Of a DNA stretch of 64,000 bases, positions 43,808 to 55,570 are shown in pieces. The stretch's first letter is position 1, and every line of letters begins with the position of its first letter. The stretch spans positions 1 through 64,000 of the forward strand of contig JAAOMT010000074.1 of assembly GCA_016748015.1 (NCBI GenBank), written 5' to 3'. A model generated the notes under the pieces. It ran no database searches, was not told the DNA's origin, and was given only the letters and a program-made list of their open reading frames with translations. This stretch comes from Geosiphon pyriformis uo1. Lineage: Eukaryota; Fungi; Glomeromycota. Made by a program: the position numbers and the translations under genes.

Positions 43808-45617
43808 TACGAACAACCTTATCATCTTATCAGTCATCAATTATTTCAAAAATCCCTTCATCACATCTTACTTCCAAATTTAGCATTATCAAAAAAACTT
43901 TCTCAAATTTCTCTCCAATGGGAAATTTTTGTAGATAAACATATCTTCAATATCTTCAAATCAACTGCATCATACCGGAATAATTCGTATCAAACATCAG
44001 GTAATTTTGAATGTTGCTATCTATTACAACAACTAAATTTACATTTTGTGTACGCGTGTATTTTTATTATCAGCGAAAGCACAATATCAGACTCGATCAG
44101 AATAATCATAAAAGTTTTGTTCAAAAAATTGTGTGTGCATTTTTTAAAAAAACTCGATATTAATATTCTTAAGAGACTCTCAATAACCTATGCTCCACAA
44201 TTTGTAGGCACAAATAACACCCACACACCCACACACACGCACACACACACTCACACTCACACTCACACTCACACTTTAATTTAACAGTCAATTGACCCGA
44301 TGTTGACTCAGAGTTGTCACCATCCGTCCAATAATTTCATTAATGATATTCGGTTAGGCTGTCAGTCCGGGTATTTCGACCACGTTTTTCGTGAGAAATT
44401 GAATTTTTTTTTGAAATTTCACAGAGAATCTCACAATGTTCGGGACTGAAAGGTGATTGATATTCCACGTGTTTAGTAATTTTCATAAAACCTCTATCTC
44501 AATGCCCTATTGAGAACGACAATGGAGAAGTGGTTAATTGAGATTCGACTCTTCCTCATACCATTCTTAGGCTAAACTTCAAGGTCAACAAAATTTTTAT
44601 CTTCATTTTACCTTTTTACTTTTATCTTTACTCTTTACCTTACTAGCCACTATCGGCTAGCCTTTGAAGCCTTCAGTAAATCACATCAGTTTTGTCTTTG
44701 TACGGAGATTTGATATCTTAAAAATTCAAACAATGGTTTTTCACCAAACGGTCAAAGGAATCAGTCTAGATGTTCACTTGTGCTGCTGTTGATACTGATA
44801 CTCTGCAGAAAATATTATTAAGACTTTGAAGGCTTTTCTTACCTGAATATTGTTTCTCGTGCAGATAAACAGGAATCATATAGGATAGGTGTTGAGTTTT
44901 TCCGGATGTATTGTGTAATGGATAGTATCTCTGATAGGAATTTTGAAAAAAAGATTTTAGGTTATGGCGAGGAATTCAATTATAATAAGACAGACCAAAA
45001 AAAACCGTACTAGTATCTAATTGGTAACTGTTGTTGTTGTTGTTTTTGTTGTTTTTGTTGTTATATGTCTCAAAAGTTTCCTACTTACCAAATTCAGAGA
45101 AAATCCTCCATAAAAAAAGATTTTACTGATAAAGAACCAAACTCTGGTTCAGGGTTTTTTTTTTTTTTTTTTCTTTCACCCATATATTTCGAATATATAT
45201 TCGACCAATTTGACTGGAATAAGATTATGGTCGATTAATTTTTTATTTCTAACAATCAAAAAGTTTCTTGAATCTAAAACTTTTTTAATAGAGAGGATTA
45301 GAAAGATTGGGATGGTTTTGATTGTTATGCTTATCTTTGAGAAAATCCGACTCATCTAACTGACTGTTTAAAAAAAATAAAAGGATTTTCGGAAATTTCT
45401 TTAGATTGTTGGTGTGTGTTTACATGTATTTTTTTATTTTTTTTTTGATTAGTAAAATTTTTATTCAGAGATTAAAAATAAATAACAAAATATTAATAAT
45501 GTTTTAAAAGAAGATAAAAATATTGAAAGAGATGGAGTTTATCTTTTCATTTGTGATCAACCCTTCTTTTCATCTTTTTACGATCAAGTTAAATTAAATA
45601 TTTTGAAAATTTTGATG

Positions 45618-45810
45618 AATCAATATAAACTAATCAAGGGTTTAGAAATTAATATAAACCAATCAAGGGTTTAGAAATCAATATAAATCAATCAATCAAT
45701 CAATCAAGGGTGTAGAAATCAATATATATAATCAATCAGGGATGTAGAAATCAATATATATAATCAATCAGGGATGTAGAAATCAATATAAACCTATCAA
45801 GGGTGTAGAG
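45618..45810. repeat. Minisatellite, ~6 copies of a ~29-33-bp unit (AATCAATATA...AATCAAGGGT(G/T)TAGA)
   Basis: Direct inspection of the tandem units. Confidence 0.88.
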
Positions 45811-46148
45811 ACGAAAATTTTCGCATACTTCTTTCTCACATTTTTCAAATGATCCGTTGACTTGAGAATTTTATTTAGCAGGAGAATAATAATAATAATA
45901 ATAATAGACCTAATATTTTACATGTGAACAAAAAATATGTTCGGTATTAATGGTTTGAAGAGAACTTGAATTAATTGGCTAAAGAACCCATGAAACAAAG
46001 TTAAAATTATTGAGTCATTCCTAGTTCCTTTTGTGAGAGAGACTACCTATATTTCATCAACGATCTATTTATAAGGTTGCCTTGAATCCTTCAACAACAA
46101 CAACAACAACAACTATTACTACTAGTACAATAACTACTATAACTACAA

Positions 46149-46373
46149 CTATAATCTTGAAGATGAAACACCAGTAACCTGTTGAATTAAAGCAGCGTTA
46201 CCACTATTAGATCCCTGCCGAAAATTTATTTTTTTTGTCATTTGTTTCATGATTAGGAGGTAGACTGTTGCGAATAGTAGAAAAATAATATCCAATGCGA
46301 TCAAAAACAAGGTTGGAGCGAGTGAAAGAATTGCAAAATACCAGCATGATGTTGTTATTATGGTTTGAATCAT
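46149..46373 (-). CDS. Candidate 74-aa membrane microprotein
   Basis: ATG in ACCAAAATG context, 16 nt after a pyrimidine tract/CAG acceptor (46390). ~33-aa hydrophobic stretch followed by a basic, polar tail. Confidence 0.45.
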   Translation of the reverse strand: MIQTIITTSCWYFAILSLAPTLFLIALDIIFLLFATVYLLIMKQMTKKINFRQGSNSGNAALIQQVTGVSSSRL

Positions 46374-46416
46374 TTTGGTTTAAAGATTGCTGAAGATAAT
46401 GAGTAGTAGAGAAATC

Positions 46417-46448
<32 letters not shown>

Positions 46449-46552
46449 CAGAGACAGAGACAGAGACAGAGACAGAGACAGAGACAGAGATAGAGACAGA
46501 GAGATAGAGATAGACAGATAGATAGATAGATAGATAGACAGAGGAGAGAGAG
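46417..46552. repeat. Compound (GA)n/(GAGACA)n/(GATA)n microsatellite
   Basis: Direct inspection. Confidence 0.93.
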
Positions 46553-47137
46553 AGGAAGAGGTTATGAAGGAATGAGTAATATAAATCAATTTATGAATTA
46601 AGCTTTTTCTCAATAAAAAAAATGATAAAGTTGATATTAAATCAATCGTACGGTATTGTGGTAGGATACTTGATTACATTAAATTTGTTACCACCTTTTC
46701 AGAATACGAAAAAACCAATTATTTAAATTCTGGAAATAAAAATTAGGGCGAGTCTTCAATTTAAACGTTTTTTATTCGTTAATTAATGGAAAAAATATTT
46801 TAAATTAAAATTAAAAAAAGATGATAAATAGTGCATATTTGATTAAAGATCAAAAAATAATTATATAAAGATATAAAGTAAAATCAAATCAATAAAATTA
46901 AAAATGTATGGTTAGGTTAAATATTTTTTTTATTGTTCATATTCGAAATAGTTCAATAATGAAAAAAATAATAGTTATTTAGACAAAATTACTCTTCATT
47001 TAATTTCACCTTTCCTTTCACCTTTCATTTCACCTTTCATTTCATTTACTTTCTTCGGTATTTTCCCCCTATTGATCAAATTTATTTCTAATAATAGGAA
47101 ATAATTTTTGAAAAAAGAAAAAAAAAAAAAAAAAAAA

Positions 47138-47532
47138 NNNNNNNNNNNNNNNNNNNNNNNNNNNNNNNNNNNNNNNNNNNNNNNNNNNNNNNNNNNNNNN
47201 NNNNNNNNNNNNNNNNNNNNNNNNNNNNNNNNNNNNNNNNNNNNNNNNNNNNNNNNNNNNNNNNNNNNNNNNNNNNNNNNNNNNNNNNNNNNNNNNNNNN
47301 NNNNNNNNNNNNNNNNNNNNNNNNNNNNNNNNNNNNNNNNNNNNNNNNNNNNNNNNNNNNNNNNNNNNNNNNNNNNNNNNNNNNNNNNNNNNNNNNNNNN
47401 NNNNNNNNNNNNNNNNNNNNNNNNNNNNNNNNNNNNNNNNNNNNNNNNNNNNNNNNNNNNNNNNNNNNNNNNNNNNNNNNNNNNNNNNNNNNNNNNNNNN
47501 NNNNNNNNNNNNNNNNNNNNNNNNNNNNNNNN
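47138..47532. other. Assembly gap (N run); smaller gaps at 34010-34029 and 37857-37876
   Basis: Runs of N. Confidence 0.99.
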
Positions 47533-47637
47533 TAATCTTGATCAGGAATTATTCTTCCAAGAGATTCAGCTGATGAATGATAGTTTCATTCAATAAATAA
47601 TACAAGTAAGTTTCTTAACACATTGGATTCAGTTTTA

Positions 47638-47676
<39 letters not shown>

Positions 47677-47944
47677 TTATTTGGGGTTTGGGGTTTGGTA
47701 TGCATTAAATTTTTTGCCAAGTAATTACTTTGGAATAATTTTTTATTGGTTATCTTTAAAAAAATAAAAAATAAAAAATAAAGTTTTCAAGATAATCTGA
47801 TTGTCAGCTCGTGAACCTATCAGTAAACCTAACTATTTTTTAATAGTAACTTATCCAATTTTTACTTTTTTCAATCAAGTCTTTCGACTCTGAGTTAACT
47901 CGGAGGAACTTTAAGTAGAAAGCTCCAAGCTCCCTTGGCAAACA

Positions 47945-47986
<42 letters not shown>

Positions 47987-48222
47987 ACACACACACATCG
48001 TAGATATAGACATAGACAAATAATAATTTCTTTTTTTTCTCATTCAATCATTCAATCATTTAATCATTCAATCAATCATATTATAGATACTAACCGAAAA
48101 AGTTCTTTGCTTACTTTGAATCAATTTTATTCATTCTTTTCCCATTCTGGGTTCCCTCTTCGTATCCTACCGCATCATTTCATTCTAAAACTGTAGGTTA
48201 ACCTGTTGTAACGCCCATCTCT

Positions 48223-48266
<44 letters not shown>

Positions 48267-48747
48267 ACTATCTGCTATCTGCTATCTTCTATCCAAAATA
48301 TCTTTTATTCATCTATTTGGTATCGTTCATAAAAGGGTATTTGAACGCGATTCAGAAAAATTAATACTAACCCAAAAATTATTAAATAAATTCCTTAAAT
48401 TTTTTTTTGTGGATCGATCAAAAAACCCAAAAAAAAAAAGTTCAACTGCTATGCATCGTCGATCTTTTTTATTTTCATTCCCACCTATTGTTTAATTACG
48501 ATCTTCCAAGGATGATACATGATCTATAGAAAAAAAAAAACTAGTTTTTACTCCACACTTTTTTATTTCCTTTCTTGTCTAGTAACTGTTAAAGCGCCAT
48601 TGTAATGTCTTAAATAGTTAAAACTAGTGAAACAACAATAAAAGTAAGCACGTAATTCAAGGGATTAGTTACACCATGATACACCATAGCTAAGAATTTA
48701 ATATATTTCTGGTAATTATTCTTGTTTCCTTACCTGATTCTCGGTGA

Positions 48748-48863
48748 TTGTTATTATTATTATTATTATTTTTATTGTTATTATTATCTTTATTGTTATT
48801 ATTATCTTTATTGTTATTATTATCTTTATTGTTATTATTATCTTTATTGTTATTGTTATTGTT

Positions 48864-48922
<59 letters not shown>
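48748..48922. repeat. Compound (TTA)n / 18-bp / (TTG)n repeat
   Basis: Direct inspection. Confidence 0.92.
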
Positions 48923-49307
48923 AACTTCCCACGGGCACAACCAAGTAACCAACAAAAGCTTTAAAACTGCTTCGATGTCGTACTAAACTTTAAAAAAAAA
49001 AAGTGTGGGGTAAAAAGTGTGCGACAAATATGCCACTATATTAAAACAGGAAGAAAAGATGGAAAGAAAAAGGGGAGAGGTAAAATGGTTACGTAAAGCC
49101 TTAAAAAAAACGATTCGGAGAAAGTGATGATTTAATTTGGGAAAGAAAAAAAACTGATTTGTGATAGTAAAAGTGGTGATTAGATCATCGATTTATTAGA
49201 TACATGATTATACATGATTGAAAAAGATGTCATCAATTCATCAAATCATGAAAGTTTTCCATGTAATAATTCATTCTTTTGATTGGTTCACCTATATTAT
49301 TTTTATT

Positions 49308-49360
49308 AGGCAATGATATAGGAAATAACACTACTTGGTGTTATTTCCTATATCATTGCC

Positions 49361-49361
<1 letters not shown>
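49308..49361. repeat. Perfect 24-bp inverted repeat with 6-nt spacer
   Basis: AGGCAATGATATAGGAAATAACAC-tacttg-GTGTTATTTCCTATATCATTGCCT. Confidence 0.95.
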
Positions 49362-49396
<35 letters not shown>

Positions 49397-50300
49397 CATT
49401 GGATTTTAACGTTTGAGATTATTTTTAAACCCCCAAACTAGGGGGATAATTGTCGGAATTTTTTCAAATTCTCAACCCTTTTAGTTCAAGAAACTTTTTG
49501 AACTAGTACAATTTTAGAGAAACGGCTAACGACTAAAGTCTGGCCAGCTATCTGAAACCTTATCGGCCCATATCCAGTTTTATCTTCTTAGATTTTTGTG
49601 ATTATTTAACCAGTGATACTATCTAAGGTATCAGGCTGCTCGGGTTATTCTTGAGAGAAGATAAAATTTTCCGCGTTCATCAAAAGATACTTTCCGAGCT
49701 TTTTTGTGTATCCCAAATTTTTTTGATCTTCCCTTTTTTTTTTTTTTTTTTTTTTAATTGACCTTTTCTCAAATCTCTGGACAAGTTGTAACAAGTTTTG
49801 GCTTTTATGCACATTATCAGCCTCATCATCAACTTCGCCATATTCATAAAGAGCAACAAACAAATAATTTATTCGCGTATCTCACATAAAAGGAAGTGGA
49901 TAATTTGTGGAGTAACCAGTAACTAGTAACTAGTAACACGTATTTTTCACCATTTCAAAAATTGAACAGATCTTCATTTTTAAACTTGATTTTTACAAGA
50001 AAAAATAATTTTTTCTCTGTTACAACAACAACAACAAAAAATTCAATTAATCCAAAATAATAATATTGATAAAAGTTTGCGTGAGAAGACTTTATAAATT
50101 TTTCATCAATTCTAATCGATCAATAAAAGTATTTGTAAAATGTGATACTAATAAATCATTTCTTTTTTCAAGTTAACTCTCTTATTATCAGATTTCCAAT
50201 CTTGAAAACAGAATTCTCGTTTTTGGTATAATCCCTTTTTTTGAATAATCTTCATTTTTGTCCTCTATAATACTATAATCGTCTTATTATTATCATTATT

Positions 50301-50367
<67 letters not shown>

Positions 50368-50409
50368 CTTATGTGCAAAATTAAACACTTTTGGTTGGGA
50401 TTCTATCAT

Positions 50410-51000
50410 TAGAATATATATATTTATTTTTTAAACTCTATTAATAATTTTAATTAATTATTTAAGGTTTTTTTTTTAACTTTTGAATTTTTTAAAATTT
50501 TAAATTATATATATTATAATTATTATTAATAATTAATTAAACTATTTGATCAATTTAATTATAAAAATCTGAAAATTTTAATAACTTTTGAAAACAATAA
50601 TTTTTTTAATCATTAATAATTAATTTGAAATTTTTATATTTTTAAGTAATTGTGTTTTTCTAATACAATTTTAAATAATTGTTGTATATATAAAACTTTT
50701 TTTAAAAAAAAAATTTTTAATTTTTATATTAAATTAATACAAAATAATATTTATTATTAATTTATAAATATAATAAAATACTATAATTAAAATATACAAG
50801 ATTTTAATTTTTTGTAATTATAGTAATTTAAAGCGATTAAAGCTAAAATTTATATATGTTAAATAAATTTTAAGTAATTTAAATAAAGTTTAATCAGTTT
50901 AAATTAAAATTAATTAAAGTTTTTTAAAATAATAAATTATTTATTAAGAATTTATATTTATGTTCAAAAAATTAGCAAAAGATTTTAAAATTAAAAATAC

Positions 51001-51039
<39 letters not shown>

Positions 51040-52360
51040 TAATACAATAATATAATAAATATATTTTATAAAAAATAATACTTTTTTTTATTAAAATTAA
51101 ATCACTTTATTATTAAGTTTTATATTTTAAAAAAAAATTTTAAGAATTTATTAAAAATTTAAATTAATCAACAATTTTTTATAATTAAAACTAAATAAAA
51201 ATTATTTTAAATTACTTAAATTTAAATATTAATTTACAATATTTTTTTAATAATAAAATCAAATTAAAATTTTAATAATAATAATATTTAATTTTTTATG
51301 ATTTATACTTAAAACAAAAAATAAAATAATTGTAATTATAATTTTTAATACTTAAAAAGTTTTTTTTAAAGTAACTATAATTAAATAATATTTTTTAAAA
51401 TGTTTTTTTTTAAGTAATATAAAGTTATTAATTTTAAAAATAAAATAAATAATGTTTTTATATATAACTTTGATTAATTAACTTATTAAATTACTTAATT
51501 TTAAGAATTATATTAATTAAATAAAAACCAAATTATTATTTTTTGTTTATATGTAAAAAAATATTTACAAATTATTAAAAAATTTTTTAATAAATAATTT
51601 TTACTTTAATGTTTAATAATATTACAAAATTTAAAATAATTTATATTAAAATTTTATTTTAATTTTACATAGTTTTTTTGATTTAAAATCAATTATTAAA
51701 AACAATATTAAACTTTTTTGTATAAAGTTTATGTTTTAAGTTTTTTTTTAATATTATTAATATAAATTAAATACTTTTTTTTATTTTTAAGATTTTAAAA
51801 TTTTTTGTAAGTTTTATATTTGTTCTGTTTTTGTTGTTATTGTTTTTTATAATATTTTTTTTTAAGCTATTATAAATAATATTTTTAATAAAGTTTGCTA
51901 ATTAAATTAAAGTTTGCTAATTAATAATAATATAATATTATTTATTTTTAATTATATATATTTTTAAATACTATTTTAATTTACTAATTAAAATTAAATT
52001 AAAAAAAATTAATTTTTTAATTAATTATATTATTTTTAAAAAAAAACTTTTAATTATTAATATTATTTTAAGTATTAAAATTTAAACTTATTTTGTTAAA
52101 ACATTATAAAAAAAATTTAAAAATTAATAATTTAAAGATATTTAAAACTTATTTTTAAAAACTTAAATATAATTTTTTTATTAAACCAAAAATTTCTATT
52201 TTAAAATTTAAAAACATTTACTAAAAAAAAATTCTAAATTTTATAAAAATAATTCTTAATATATTAAAATTAACTATTAAAAACTTATAAATACCAAAAA
52301 TAAATTAAATAAAATATTACTTTTTAATTATTTTTTAAACTTATTTTAAAAACTTTTTTT
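50410..52360. other. Ultra-AT-rich zone bordering the host island (right)
   Basis: Almost devoid of G/C; no ORFs. Confidence 0.75.
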
Positions 52361-53647
52361 TTATTACAAGCAAAATTGTCGATCTTACAAAAGAACACAT
52401 GGTCCAAAGACTTCACATCACCACAATATAAACACAGCACACTAGGGTAACATTTATTATAAAGATGCTTCCTTACAGCAACAGGTAACTGGTGATGCAG
52501 AGCCTTCATGAAATAGGTACAAGTATTAACCGAGGGCCTGCTAGTGGAGCCAGTGGCCATGTACAAGTCAGGATGCCAGACCATAGAAGAGTGAAACCAG
52601 TCAACATCAAAAAGCAAATCATCTTTCAAAAACTTAGCACCAGAACCAACTTTCCAGCGTATGTGACAGATCAATTGACAAATATTACAAACAAAGTGTC
52701 TCAAATTGCCCGAAATCACACCACCGTCAGCCACCAGAAAATGTTCATCCAAGCAAGGATGCAAATGCCAACTGGAAAGAAAGACAACGCCAGCAATCTC
52801 ATCAGAATACTCATTACCAGAAACGCCAGAATGACCCTTGACTTTGTGCCAACTAACTCTCAAATTTTTACTATGAATAACATTAATGATATGCTGACGC
52901 TCGACCCAACACTGATTGCAAAAGTCAGGACACACAAGATCTATTTCTGACTCACAAGTACTCAAAGCAGACTGACTATTAGAAAACACGCAAACGGAAC
53001 AGGACGAAGGGACACACTCCATGGCCAACGCAATAACCTGCAATTCCACAAGAGTGGATGACATCAAGCCCGATATACCAACTCCCAAACCCAAACCAAT
53101 GTCTTCGAAAAAAGCAGCAGCACCAGTTCTACAGCCAGCAGTACCCAAACTTCTCAAAGATCCATCTGTGTAAACAGACAAGCTACCAGAAACGACCTGA
53201 GAAAGATGACCACAAACAGAAGCATAATCAACAGAACCAAAAATATCTTGATAAACAGCATTATCTGAGACAAACTGATTATTAGAAAGGAGAGAAGCAT
53301 CATTGAGAAATGCAGTAGCAAGCCTGAACCATTCCGGAACAGGGCCACAGAAGTTCAGCCTCTTCCACTACTTGAAGGTATACCAGTCAAAGATGGCACT
53401 ATGATGATCATGAAGTTGATCAACAAAGGCAATGCCAAACTGTCAGAGAGAAGGAAGAAACTTGGAAAACTTAGATTCGCCCAAAACAGTAGACATAGGT
53501 GCACCACTGCTAAACTGAAAAGAACTAACAAAAGACCCACCCAAAGACAAATTGCAATTAAGAAGAATACAGACCAAGCCTGCCAAAAAGTTGTTGGAAG
53601 CACTGATATTAACTTGAACAGGAGAATTTAATGAATAAATAGGACGC
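52361..53647 (-). mobile_element. LINE-F, downstream part of ORF2 (RNase H + ZnF), split by Gypsy-2
   Basis: ORF 52324-53181 with VYTDGS, ELQVIAL, KVKGHSGVSGNE and CLYCG..DHVFFC. Confidence 0.92.
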
Positions 53648-54741
53648 TGTTATGGGTAAACTTAGTGGGTATGGGAAATGGTAACGTTTGGTGCTCTCAA
53701 TTATTGATGATGCGTCTTCTGCGTAATTTTGTTGGCTTAGTCTTGATTATCAGTCTTTGAAAATCTATTCCTAGATGTGAATTTTATTCGTTGAGTTCTT
53801 TGGTTATAAGGCACAGAGTTTGTTTTTCGTCGATTGTAATGTTTTTCGTAAATGTGAGCTTTCTTCTTCGAGCTAATGAGCACAGTCATTAGGGTCTGGC
53901 ATTGTCTTTTTGCCTTTCTGGTAAGCTAACAAGATAATGTTAATATCCAAAACTTAGGGAAAGCTTCCTTCTTTTACCAGGCTATCATGAAGTCTATTCC
54001 CAGACAGTCGATTTTACTATGTTGTCGCTCCACAAAAAAATTAAGACAGAAAAAGAAAGAAAAAGAAAAAGAAAAGAAAAGAAAAGAGAGAAAAGATAAA
54101 TTAGTATTGTCAATCACCATGATCAAGAGCAATTGGTCCAAATCATTAATAGGTTCAAGGTGGTTATGCTAAAAGTATTTGTTTTAGAATAGAGGTATGA
54201 GACAAGGATTAATTCACGTAAATTTCACGAAGTTCAAGAACATGAATTCGCAATTCTGATTTTTTTTAATAATTGATTTATTTCAGGAGATGAAATAGGG
54301 AAGATAATAAAGGATAAAGGGGTATGAATATTTTAATTTTTGGTCTAAAGGTTTGTATCTATTTTTTCTTCTCTGTCTTTTCTCACTTCTACAACTACTT
54401 GCTTTTATACATTCTTTTGGTTTTACAGGATTGCTTTCAATTGTCTCGTTATCGCTAGCTATTGCTTTGTTGTTTCTGTTATTGCTTCGTTTTTCTATGT
54501 TATCATTAGTTATCCTATGTTATAACATGTTATCTGACATTATTACATGTTATTCTGTGTTATCCTGCATTATAACATGTTATCCTACATTATTGCGTGC
54601 TATTCTGTGTTATCCTGCGTTATAACATGTTATCCAACGTTATAACGTGTTATCCAACATTATTGCATGTTATTCTGTGTTATGTCATGTTTTGGTCATA
54701 TTTCTTCATAACTTTGGATCGGTTTTTCTACTCAGGTAACA
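53648..54741 (-). repeat. Gypsy-2 3' LTR
   Basis: Direct repeat of 62800-63889, about 90% identical over the 280 bp compared by eye. Confidence 0.96.
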
Positions 54742-54757
54742 TTATCCCTCTCTTTTT
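54742..54757 (-). promoter_or_regulatory. Polypurine tract
   Basis: AAAAAGAGAGGGATAA immediately upstream of the 3' LTR on the minus strand. Confidence 0.88.
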
Positions 54758-55490
54758 AAAATTGAGCTCCTACAAAACCATATGTATTTGTTATCATGGC
54801 TTCGTTCGTGTAATGTTTGATTGTTGCCTCAAGTATTGCCTTTTGTAGGTCTTCGAACTGTTGATTGGTTATTCGTCCTATGCTGTTAACCATTATGGTT
54901 TTCATAGATCCATTCAGTAGTACGTTTGGGCAATGTTGGAAGGTAGTGTATAGTCAGTATGCTGCTTTGTAATATAGGGTCAGATTGTTTTTCCTTACGA
55001 ATTTTTTTACTTGTTGTATTACTTCTTTGTTGAACGTTTTCTGGCTGAGGTCTTCGTATGGTGTTTTCAAGTCAAGCTATTCTCCAATTTTGTAGAACCA
55101 ATAAGCTGGAAGAAGTCTTTCTTTCTATTTCTGGACGTTGTCAAATGTCTACTCCCCTGTTTCGGGGAGTTTGGTCCCATGAGCTAAAGCTTGTTTTATT
55201 TCTTCGAGCTTGGGGACCAAGTATCTTCTTTTGTAATTTTTTTCTCGTTCTTTGCCTCCTTCTTTTCCACCCCCCGCCCGAAGGCAATTTTTCCTCTCAC
55301 ATTGCCTTTCGGGTGGTGGGTAGGGGAGGAAACATTTAGTTCTAATTGAACTCTTGTCCTTTCCTCTTCTGCTTTTATCTTTGTACCATATCTCTTTTTT
55401 ATCAATTGTTATTTCTATTTGAGATGTCGATTTTTGAATTGTTTCAAATAATTGTTTAGATAATTTTAAAATTTGATCTGAAAAGTTCAT
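54756..55490 (-). pseudogene. Gypsy-2 ORF3, ~244 aa of unknown function (4 internal stops)
   Basis: Single frame from MNFSDQIL to ...YGFVGAQF*. The stops (3 TAG, 1 TGA) are each consistent with a C>T change from CAG/CGA. Confidence 0.75.
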
Positions 55491-55570
55491 GTTGAAATTT
55501 CTATCATTTCTTGCTGCTTTTTGGATGCTATATATATTTGAATTCCCCAATTTAATTTGCTGCCTGTTGT

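Noticed and set aside
43914-44900. Possible multi-exon gene (splice-like signals near 44000 and 44288)
   Set aside because: No consistent open frame or recognisable protein could be assembled.
45618-45810. CRISPR-like appearance of the repeat array
   Set aside because: No unique spacers, no cas genes, eukaryotic context.
49645-49863. 72-aa ORF (YEYGEVDDEAD...)
   Set aside because: Non-ATG start, runs through a poly(A) tract, no recognisable homology.
54353-54848. Hydrophobic ORFs in the LTRs (also 63462-63969 and 29399-29638) as env or membrane proteins
   Set aside because: They are antisense translations of the T-rich LTR and the 10-bp array, with non-ATG starts and stops that differ between copies.
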